From: a virus
DNA: 64,000 bases
IMG/VR virus record: IMGVR_UViG_3300025782_000011
Span: 2,214 to 66,213 of that record
Direction: 5' to 3' (one strand)
Below are positions 49,406 to 57,065 of the stretch, one piece after another. The notes under the pieces are model-generated. The model searched no databases and was not told the DNA's origin. It was given only the letters and a program-made list of their open reading frames with translations. Every line of letters starts with the position of its first letter. Positions within the stretch are counted from its first letter, which is position 1. The translations under genes and the position numbers were made by a program.

Positions 49406-50082
49406 GGATAATTACCATTATACCTATCCAATGTCACTTTGTTATTTTTTGTGATAACTTTAAGTAACCTATCACGCATTCTATAATTGACAGAATATTC
49501 ACCATTGCATTCATAGTCTGGTAAATTGGTTGCGATACCTTCAAAGAAATCTCTATCTGCATAATATGAATTCGTATAGAAGTGATGTGCGAATCGTGCT
49601 AAGTATTTACGCTTGAAGCAATAGCAATTGGTATCGACATATCTTTTAGCAACAGAATCCACCGGTGGCCATTTGCCCAGGCTATCACAATTATCATCTG
49701 CAATATAATTACCATCGGTGTCTACAATTTTACGAAGGCTATAACACCAAGTAAGATCGTGTTCTTTGATAAAGTTGATCATCTTTTCTACATGGTCAGG
49801 TTCAAACCAATTATCTTCATCCAAAAATAATATGTAGTCTGCATTGGATAGAAGCGGCATCGTTGCATATATTCTGTGACCATTCCACCCATTGGCTCCG
49901 GTGTTCTCAGGCAACATGACCATCTTTGCATTTGGATAAAGTTTAAGTTCTGCATTGAATCCACCATCTGCCACAATGATGTGTTCTGTTTTGATTGTTT
50001 GGTTGTAGACACTATCAATGGCTTGTTGTAAATACTGAGTGCCAATCGTAGGTGTGATGACTTGTATTCTTGGATTATTCAT
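49378..50082 (-). CDS. glycosyltransferase family 2
   Basis: VITPT...AIDSVYNQT...IVADG...FLDEDNW. Confidence 0.8.
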   Translation of the reverse strand: MNNPRIQVITPTIGTQYLQQAIDSVYNQTIKTEHIIVADGGFNAELKLYPNAKMVMLPENTGANGWNGHRIYATMPLLSNADYILFLDEDNWFEPDHVEKMINFIKEHDLTWCYSLRKIVDTDGNYIADDNCDSLGKWPPVDSVAKRYVDTNCYCFKRKYLARFAHHFYTNSYYADRDFFEGIATNLPDYECNGEYSVNYRMRDRLLKVITKNNKVTLDRYNGNYPWTQLRTTK

Positions 50083-50647
50083 CGTGATCTTCCACTGTGT
50101 TTGTTTCATTGATACTATCCAATGACACAGGCTCATAGGTTAAATAGTTTTGGAGTTGTCTTACTTTATCGACTTCAACACCCATCATCGTAGCTATCTC
50201 GTTAAGCTTTGGTTTGCGACCAAGTACTTGTGAGAGTGCTCGCTCGTTGTAATTCATTTTCTTGATCGCTTCCATAATGTTTACTGGCATGCGTATCACA
50301 TTGGCAGTGTTGTCCATGTCTCGTCTAACTCCTTTTAATATAAATGATCTAGCATAGGTTGCGAACCTTGCATTATTTTTTGGTACCCATCTTTTGGCAG
50401 CAATCACTAAATGTTCGTTACCCATGCTAATAAGATCCTCAACAGGCATCTTGCCATAAGTCCATGCCGTTGTACTTCTTAAAATATAAACCACGAAACG
50501 TAGATTATGCTTAACAAGTTTATCTAATGCTGCCTTGTTGCCTTTCTGAATCTGTTCAGATAATTTGTGTTCTTCTTCGGTGGGTAGTGGCTCTATGCCA
50601 AATAGGGATTGTAGGTAATCGGTTAGTAAGTCTGTTGGTTCACTCAA
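50075..50647 (-). CDS. sigma70-family factor lacking region 4
   Basis: Region 1.2 (YLQSL...PLPTEEE), region 2 (LVKHNLRFVV...DLISMGN...RFATYA), region 3 (IRMP...LGRKP...EIA...PVSLD), then stop. Confidence 0.85.
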   Translation of the reverse strand: MSEPTDLLTDYLQSLFGIEPLPTEEEHKLSEQIQKGNKAALDKLVKHNLRFVVYILRSTTAWTYGKMPVEDLISMGNEHLVIAAKRWVPKNNARFATYARSFILKGVRRDMDNTANVIRMPVNIMEAIKKMNYNERALSQVLGRKPKLNEIATMMGVEVDKVRQLQNYLTYEPVSLDSINETNTVEDHDE

Positions 50648-50826
50648 AATAATGCTTCCCCCAAAGTTGATAATGCAATCTCATAATCACTTGGTGGTTT
50701 TGGTAAATTGAGTTTAGTTATGGTATAGCCTTCACATAAAAACTTTTGTGCCATTTCCATAGAATAAAACCGGCGTAGTGCAGTGCCGGTTTCATCTTTT
50801 AGTTCAAACTTTGGTTGGTATTTCAT
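50644..50826 (-). CDS. hypothetical protein
   Basis: Coupled ORF. Confidence 0.5.
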   Translation of the reverse strand: MKYQPKFELKDETGTALRRFYSMEMAQKFLCEGYTITKLNLPKPPSDYEIALSTLGEALF

Positions 50827-51104
50827 GCCGTCAATGATAATGGTTTTACAACGACAGCATTCACAGTTTTAACTTCTGTGACAGAAGATACAAAAGCTTC
50901 ATCTGCTAATTCACGAACAAGATTAGGATTGATTGATGCTCTGTCAAATTGCTGAACATTCACTTGGAACAAGTTGCCATCATATTTGCCAGCACCTCTA
51001 GCAATCAACGCATCTTTTAATTTACGCGCTGTAGCTTCAAGGTCTTTAATTTGTTTATCAATAACTCCTAATGAATCGATTGTTTTAATTAAATCATTAT
51101 CCAT
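50823..51104 (-). CDS. hypothetical early protein
   Basis: RBS AAGGAG before ATG 51104. Confidence 0.6.
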   Translation of the reverse strand: MDNDLIKTIDSLGVIDKQIKDLEATARKLKDALIARGAGKYDGNLFQVNVQQFDRASINPNLVRELADEAFVSSVTEVKTVNAVVVKPLSLTA

Positions 51105-51138
51105 ATTGCTCTCCTTGGTGGTTAAGTTGTATGGTCTA

Positions 51139-51408
51139 TTATAGACCATTTTCTGCATCGGTCAATCTTTTGGCATCATATTTCTTAACTTTTTTTGCAA
51201 AAGAATGCATGTAAGTTTTGAAATCTTTTTCAGTCATTGAGTCTTGTAAAATGGCTTTGTATGCCTCAATCGTTTCATCGATCAAAGGCTCATCAGGCCA
51301 TTTAATTTTGTCCTGAACTAATAACTCATAGCGTTCTTTAGCAATGTGTACAAAGATTGCATCTGATTGATCTGCATCGATCGTTAATTCCAATTTCATG
51401 GCTGTCAT
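51139..51408 (-). CDS. hypothetical early protein
   Basis: Coupled ORF. Confidence 0.5.
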   Translation of the reverse strand: MTAMKLELTIDADQSDAIFVHIAKERYELLVQDKIKWPDEPLIDETIEAYKAILQDSMTEKDFKTYMHSFAKKVKKYDAKRLTDAENGL

Positions 51409-51548
51409 TTAAATACTCCAAAATATAAAAAGATTAATGAAACAATAATGATGGCAATCCAAATAGGTATATCTATTGGATCATGGTCATGATGATTGAC
51501 ATCATAATCAAAGTGGAAGTCATCATACTCTTTGGCTTTTTTTCTCAT
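51405..51548 (-). CDS. small membrane protein, 47 aa, not in ORF track
   Basis: MRKKAKEYDD...IPIWIAIIIVSLIFLYFGVFK, with ATGA overlaps on both sides. Confidence 0.55.
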   Translation of the reverse strand: MRKKAKEYDDFHFDYDVNHHDHDPIDIPIWIAIIIVSLIFLYFGVFK

Positions 51549-51691
51549 GGCATCACCTTAAATAAATGGTGCATGAAAATTGCCATTGCTACAGTGAATC
51601 CAATTACAAAAGATGCTGATGTGTATAAGATCATATCAGTTCTATGTTTTCGCTTTAATTGTTCACGCGTTAAGTATGTATCTGGAATCAT
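51545..51691 (-). CDS. small membrane protein, 48 aa, not in ORF track
   Basis: MIPDTYLTREQLKRKHRTDMILYTSASFVIGFTVAMAIFMHHLFKVMP, with ATGA overlaps. Confidence 0.55.
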   Translation of the reverse strand: MIPDTYLTREQLKRKHRTDMILYTSASFVIGFTVAMAIFMHHLFKVMP

Positions 51692-52017
51692 TCTGCATCT
51701 CCTTCAAAAGTTAATGGCATTGCATCGGTTGCTAAGACATGCAAAACATGCTCAACAGCGATAGGTTTAAATCCACCGATATGCCAATCATGGTTTTTAA
51801 TTGGATCGATGTCTATTTTGTAATCATAAATTGTAGCGACTGTGCCATCATCAAACTCGATAGCCCATTCTGCCCTGGTCTTATCACCATCACCTTCGTA
51901 TGGCTTACCGAATGATCTTACGATCTGATCGTATGGACAATCTACGCGACCACGATATGATGTGCCCGCGATGTTTATATTTTGTTGCTTGTGTGTAATA
52001 AAGTCTAATTGTTGCAT
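51688..52017 (-). CDS. conserved phage early protein
   Basis: GTSYRG...FGKP...DKTRAEW...ATIYDYK...WHIGG, RBS AAGGAG before ATG 52017. Confidence 0.65.
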   Translation of the reverse strand: MQQLDFITHKQQNINIAGTSYRGRVDCPYDQIVRSFGKPYEGDGDKTRAEWAIEFDDGTVATIYDYKIDIDPIKNHDWHIGGFKPIAVEHVLHVLATDAMPLTFEGDAE

Positions 52018-52054
52018 GTGTTTCTCCTTTGTGGTAGTTAAGTGTTGCTTCTGT

Positions 52055-52083
52055 ATTGTCTTCCTATTTATTACAGATGTCAA
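52055..52083 (-). promoter_or_regulatory. sigma70-type early promoter
   Basis: Minus strand TTGACA-17 nt-GACAAT upstream of ATG 52017. Confidence 0.6.
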
Positions 52084-52094
52084 TTAAAATTTAT

Positions 52095-52257
52095 CCAAGT
52101 GACATTGGGTTCTAAAAAAGCCCAAGTGACATTCGTATTTATCCAAGTGACATTGAGATTGAGTGCAGCCCAAGTGACATTCGTATTTATCCAAGTGACA
52201 TTGGGTTTTCCGTTTATCCAAGTGACATTGGGGTTTCTCTTTTATCCAAGTGACATT
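52095..52257. repeat. array of seven CCAAGTGACATT 12-mers
   Basis: Copies at 52095, 52122, 52143, 52170, 52191, 52218, 52246. Confidence 0.92.
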
Positions 52258-52697
52258 GACATATAACCACAATCGCATTATGGTTATTAATAACCACAAT
52301 GGCAAAAGGGTTAATGAATGAGAATGATTATCATTATCACAATGCCCCTCGAATTTTAGAAAATGCCCCGATCGCCCCGAAATCATGGCTCGAGCCCTAA
52401 AATGCTTAAAAAATAGAGTGCAATTCATCGCACAATCGCTCTATACGCGATTCTTTTTATCTATCCTATACTTACCCCCTTTCAAAAAATGATCGTGATT
52501 CAATGGCTTTAAAAAGCCCCTTTTTAATATATGGCTCTCACAATCGCATTTTAAGCGATTATTTTTTGGCACTTGATGTCATATCATTAAGCCAAATATC
52601 GCCTTGCTCAATGGTTATAAAATGCCCCTCAAAATCGATTCAATTCGATCGAATCGATCGCTGATTTAATACTTATTTAATCGCTCGAATAGCATCC

Positions 52698-52725
52698 AAA
52701 AAAAAGCCCCGAATAGATCGGGGCT
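52698..52725 (-). terminator. intrinsic terminator after the peptidase gene
   Basis: A8-GCCCCGA-ataga-TCGGGGCT on the plus strand, giving hairpin plus T tract on the minus strand. Confidence 0.8.
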
Positions 52726-52751
52726 CGAATGATTAAATAAAAATTAAATCT

Positions 52752-53888
52752 TCACCCCGAATAAGAGCCCTCAAGCTCATCATTCTCAAGATCGAGTGAA
52801 AGCTCTGATTGAATTGGTGCTTTTAGAAGAGAGGGGCGATCGCAATCATCATTAAAAGAATGATAATCAGCATAATCATCTGAATAATATTGATCTCGAG
52901 CGATCATCGCATCTTCGAGCTCAAATACATGGTTTAAAAGATCGCTCATCATGTCAGCAATTTTCTCGGGCTTATTCTTTTTTATGAATTGAGCCAATTC
53001 TTTTCGATCAAGGTACATAATCTCATCGAGCTCGGGGTTATCGTATATTGAGCTAAAAGAATCATATTGAGAGCCATAATAAGAGCCATAAGAAAAGCCC
53101 TCATAATCATCATATTTTGGCTCACGATCGATTGGCAATTCAAGAGAGCCCCATTCAATCGAGGTGATCTTATCTTTTAATTTCATAAGATAATCAAGAT
53201 CGAGTATTTCACGCGATGAATGCTCGTGATCGTACCCGATCGAGAAATTAAAGCACTCGGGTATTAATCCAAAGTATTCTCTCGTGTCAGTATAAGTACC
53301 CGTATCATCGAGCTCGTGATTCATACCGAAAAGATCAATGATGAATTGAGCACATTTATCCGATGCCCCTCGATTCATGCCTTGATGTGTGATAACCGAT
53401 CTCGCACCTCTTCGATCGAAAGCGATCGCATGGGTGAAAGTTTTGAGCCAATCAGCATAAATAGAGCTCATCGCCCGAGAGCCAATGCCCCCTTTCTCTT
53501 CGCCCCGATGAAATAAAAAGCACCCGTGCACATCTCGCTCGATCATCTCGAGCAATAAATAAACCCCAGCCCCATCATCAGCACCGAGGCAATCATCGCT
53601 CGAATTGATAAATACTTGATTGGTGAGAGAATCCACGAATACTTCTTGAAATACTCGCTCGGGCTCTTTTCGGTGCATCGTGTCAATATGGCAAGAGAAA
53701 AGCACTCGAGAGCGATCTTCGGGGTGAGTGTTATCGAATCGATAAGCGATCACCTCATTATTAAGATCATACAATGGCTCACAATGGCTCAAGAATTTAA
53801 GAGCGAATGAGAGCTCACCCGTAGAATTGTGCTCTCTTCTATGAGAGAGAATTGATAAGAGCTTATCCATGAATTGCCTCGCTTTCAT
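52752..53888 (-). CDS. M28/M20-type zinc peptidase-like protein
   Basis: CHIDTMH, LGADDGAG, RGEEKG, AFDRRG, GYDHEH metal-ligand motifs. Confidence 0.8.
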   Translation of the reverse strand: MKARQFMDKLLSILSHRREHNSTGELSFALKFLSHCEPLYDLNNEVIAYRFDNTHPEDRSRVLFSCHIDTMHRKEPERVFQEVFVDSLTNQVFINSSDDCLGADDGAGVYLLLEMIERDVHGCFLFHRGEEKGGIGSRAMSSIYADWLKTFTHAIAFDRRGARSVITHQGMNRGASDKCAQFIIDLFGMNHELDDTGTYTDTREYFGLIPECFNFSIGYDHEHSSREILDLDYLMKLKDKITSIEWGSLELPIDREPKYDDYEGFSYGSYYGSQYDSFSSIYDNPELDEIMYLDRKELAQFIKKNKPEKIADMMSDLLNHVFELEDAMIARDQYYSDDYADYHSFNDDCDRPSLLKAPIQSELSLDLENDELEGSYSG

Positions 53889-55764
53889 TAAGTTTAAATT
53901 TTATTAAATCGGGATTAAATTCAAATCCCATATAATCATTTTCAAGATCATCGGTGAGAATCGCGTACTCATTGGCGATCAACCCGAAACTTGTGAGTGT
54001 CATCGCATCTCTCGGATAGAATTTACCCGAATAAACACAAGGGCGAAGATCAAAGCCCTTAATTGATAAATAGTGATCGAATAATAAATTGGCATCATTG
54101 AGCACATTTTTAATATCATTCGCGAACCATTCACAATAGGGATAGATCACCCCTTGCACCTTATCGGTAAAAGAATTTAATCGATCGATCATTTGATTAT
54201 ATTGATCCTGATGCACCACATCACCACAAGGCAAATAACGGGCATCAAGATAATGAATATACATTTGATCGATTATGAGGCTTCGAGATAAATCTCTATA
54301 AGGCACAATCACCTCGAGCACATCTTCTCTCAAATAAAATACATTTGAGCGTACTTCGATTAATTCATTTTTGAAATAATAATCACAAGAATTTTCATCT
54401 TGAGCGATGCCATATTGATCGAGCGAATCTTGATGATAATACTCATCATCGCTCTGACAATAGATCACATCATCTTGATGAAAGACACTTCGATCATCGC
54501 CATCGCCATCATAAGCCCAAATATAATATTCATTCTCGCAACCCTCGCAAATTCTCAATCCAATCGAATCATAATAGCTCGTTTCATCTTCGGGGTGATA
54601 ATCACCACAAGATTCACAATAAACATCATCGCTTTCATCTTCACGATCTCGCCCATTGGTATAGTGTAAATAATAATCACCATTCTCATGGATTCTAAAA
54701 TAGAGCTTATTATCTATTCTTTCGAGATTGGCTTTTTGAGAGCCATTGTTGCCTCGATCAATATAAGGGGCTTTATAACCCCCCTCATCATGCTCAAAAG
54801 TTTTGATTAAGCACCCGTTAAGATTGCCCCATGAATACCCTTGATCGTGTAAAAGAGAAGATAACCATTTACCCCTGGAATCAGAATCGCTCGGGGGGTA
54901 AATTCGCACATATTCTTTTTTATCTTCTCGCACAATTGATCGAGCGATTACATTATCATCATCATCGCGAAGCACAGCCAATCTCAAAACACTCAAGGGG
55001 TGAGCATAATACTTCACCGAATCACAATCGCTCATACATGAGCTCACATTCGATTCATCTTGATAAGCATCAAGCCAATCTTGAGGGCTATCGGATTCGA
55101 TAAAATGTAATCGCCAATTATTCTGAGCTTGTAAGATCGCATTGTAAGAATCAACATAATTTTTGATCTTCGATTCATCGATGCCAATTTCATTTTTTAC
55201 ATTGGATAAGAATTTACCAAATCTCAATTTTACTTCTCGCCCTCTTCTCATATGATCGAGTGAGGGATAATAAGCCACGAGAGAGGGCTCACTTATCGAG
55301 AAGTGAAGTTGATAGATCATGTTATATCGATCAAATTTTGGTAAGTGATCGCCCGAGATAACCTTGCTTATCGTGCGAAGATCGATCGATTGCCATTCGG
55401 TGCTCATCATCTCTCGAGCTTTTATGAATGAGGGCTCGAATTGCCTCGCTTGAATTGTGCTCATTTGCATAATGAGCCATAAATACTCGTAAGCATTTTC
55501 AATATCTTTCGGATTCTTTCGCACCGATGCGATCGCCTTTGATAATCGATGCCCCCTTAATTTTCGATCGATTACATGAGAGGGGCTCTCAATCGAATAA
55601 TCGCGAAAAGGTGATCGCAAGTGATTCGAGATAAAAGCTCTTATGCTATCCTGAAGAGCCATTTTTTGAGTGAGTGCATCTTCGAGAGAATAAAAAGCTC
55701 GAGTGAGCTCTGATATTCTCGCGAGAGGTGCGAGAGCTTGTGGTGATGAAATAGCTAGATTCAT
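53863..55764 (-). CDS. large early protein with Zn-ribbon motifs
   Basis: 633 aa, SSCMS, ARSIV...RIY, CESC...CEGC, RBS AAGG. Confidence 0.65.
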   Translation of the reverse strand: MNLAISSPQALAPLARISELTRAFYSLEDALTQKMALQDSIRAFISNHLRSPFRDYSIESPSHVIDRKLRGHRLSKAIASVRKNPKDIENAYEYLWLIMQMSTIQARQFEPSFIKAREMMSTEWQSIDLRTISKVISGDHLPKFDRYNMIYQLHFSISEPSLVAYYPSLDHMRRGREVKLRFGKFLSNVKNEIGIDESKIKNYVDSYNAILQAQNNWRLHFIESDSPQDWLDAYQDESNVSSCMSDCDSVKYYAHPLSVLRLAVLRDDDDNVIARSIVREDKKEYVRIYPPSDSDSRGKWLSSLLHDQGYSWGNLNGCLIKTFEHDEGGYKAPYIDRGNNGSQKANLERIDNKLYFRIHENGDYYLHYTNGRDREDESDDVYCESCGDYHPEDETSYYDSIGLRICEGCENEYYIWAYDGDGDDRSVFHQDDVIYCQSDDEYYHQDSLDQYGIAQDENSCDYYFKNELIEVRSNVFYLREDVLEVIVPYRDLSRSLIIDQMYIHYLDARYLPCGDVVHQDQYNQMIDRLNSFTDKVQGVIYPYCEWFANDIKNVLNDANLLFDHYLSIKGFDLRPCVYSGKFYPRDAMTLTSFGLIANEYAILTDDLENDYMGFEFNPDLIKFKLNESEAIHG

Positions 55765-55950
55765 ATCGTACCTTTCTTATTAATATATACATGAGCGAAA
55801 GTGCTCACCCCCGATTATATGCGATCTAAAAAATAAAAGATCATTATTATTGGATTCTTTTTGATTTTGATTTCAAATCGGGTGCTCACCTCTGATAAGT
55901 TTTGATTATCATGGTCACTCGCCCCCCGAGCTTTCGCGTACGCGTATTCT

Positions 55951-56236
55951 CGCCCCCTCGATGCCTCGCCCCCTCGATGCCTCGCCCCCTCGATGCCTCT
56001 CACCCTTATTGGCTCGATCGCGATGCACTCACCCTCATTGGCATCATGCCTCGATGCCTTGCTGATTGCCCCGATCACCCTCGCTCACATCATGCCTCGA
56101 TGCCTCAATGCCTCGCGATCGAGCGAAGCATTGAGCTTCGATGCGATGCGATCGAGCGAAGCATTGAGCTTCGCAATCAATCAGGCATAGTGCATCATGC
56201 CTCGCAATCATAGCAATAGATTGCGAGGCATGATGC
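55951..56236. repeat. short-repeat region near the putative genome end
   Basis: 3x CGCCCCCTCGATGCCT (55951-55998), 2x 26-mer (56115, 56148), and a perfect 18-bp inverted repeat (56192-56209 / 56219-56236). Confidence 0.85.
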
Positions 56237-56497
56237 CTTAAAACCCTTGCTAGACTAGCGAATCAAATAACCCTCCTTGCTGTAGGGGTATTTCGATCGA
56301 GGCGATACCCCAATTTGGGTCCCCTACCTGAGGGGGGCGGCGGGGGCCCCACAAAAAGCAAGTTTTTATAATTTGCCGTATTTTTAAAAAAAGTCGATTT
56401 CTAAAAATTTTTTTTTAAAAAATCTGGACATTTTCTATATGAATCAAATACTTATGATAATTAACAGGACAAATAAATGTATAATATACTATACATA

Positions 56498-56716
56498 AAA
56501 GACATAGAAGACATAGAAGACACAGTATAAACACAGTTTGTCTCTATCTTTTATTTTTTATTTTTTAAAAATAATAAAAATATGGAATAAAGGGTGTCTT
56601 CTGTGTCTTCTGTGTCTTTTAGAAAAATATTATTAATTAAATCAATGGGTTAAAAAATTAGTGTTGCAAAAAAACAACAAAAACCGTACCCTGTCTTCTG
56701 TGTCTTCTATGTCTTT
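56498..56716. repeat. iteron-like element B, inverted copy of element A
   Basis: Same three AGAAGACAY clusters with the same flanks (CAGTATAAAC, CCCTTTATTCCA, GGGTACG) in reverse-complement order. Confidence 0.75.
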
Positions 56717-56798
56717 TTTAATACTTTGGTTTAATCTAAATCTGTAAGTCATTGATTTAATTATATGTAAAAATAATAGGTAGGAAATAGTTAAAATT

Positions 56799-56866
56799 TG
56801 CATTAGTATACTTACCTTGGATTCATGGAAATCCGTAGCCATATGTTTATAAAACTCGCATTAGTA
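56799..56866 (+). promoter_or_regulatory. two (T/C)GCATTAGTA elements upstream of pqqA
   Basis: TGCATTAGTA at 56799 and CGCATTAGTA at 56857, neither with a clean GGGCG. Confidence 0.5.
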
Positions 56867-56910
56867 AACATGTACACAATGACGTGTACTTATTTTTAGG
56901 AGATTTAAAC

Positions 56911-56982
56911 ATGTGGACTAAACCAGCAGCTACTGAAATGCGTTTTGGCTTTGAAGTAACAATGTACGTAATGAATAAGTAA
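56911..56982 (+). CDS. pqqA: PQQ precursor peptide, 23 aa, not in ORF track
   Basis: MWTKPAATEMRFGFEVTMYVMNK with the ExxxY motif, RBS AGGAG, own terminator. Confidence 0.95.
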   Translation: MWTKPAATEMRFGFEVTMYVMNK

Positions 56983-57012
56983 TCAAAAAGTTGCATTTAA
57001 TGTAACTTTCTG

Positions 57013-57041
57013 GAAGGGGCTTAAAACGTCCCTTCTTTTTT
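57013..57041 (+). terminator. intrinsic terminator after pqqA
   Basis: GAAGGGGC-ttaaaac-GTCCCTTC-TTTTTT. Confidence 0.75.
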
Positions 57042-57065
57042 ATACAAACTTAGGATTAAGTTTAG

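Noticed and set aside
52095-52257. CRISPR mini-array
   Set aside because: The repeat is only 12 bp, spacers are 9-16 bp and partly identical, and there are no cas genes. The Cas4-like ORF is a standard DUF2800 replication nuclease.
52042-52428. ORFs 52042-52266 (+) and 52084-52428 (-)
   Set aside because: Their repeated peptides (IQVT, QCHLDK) are by-products of the DNA array, and they have no RBS.
55815-56213. ORFs across the short-repeat region
   Set aside because: Low-complexity translations of repeats on both strands with no translation signals.
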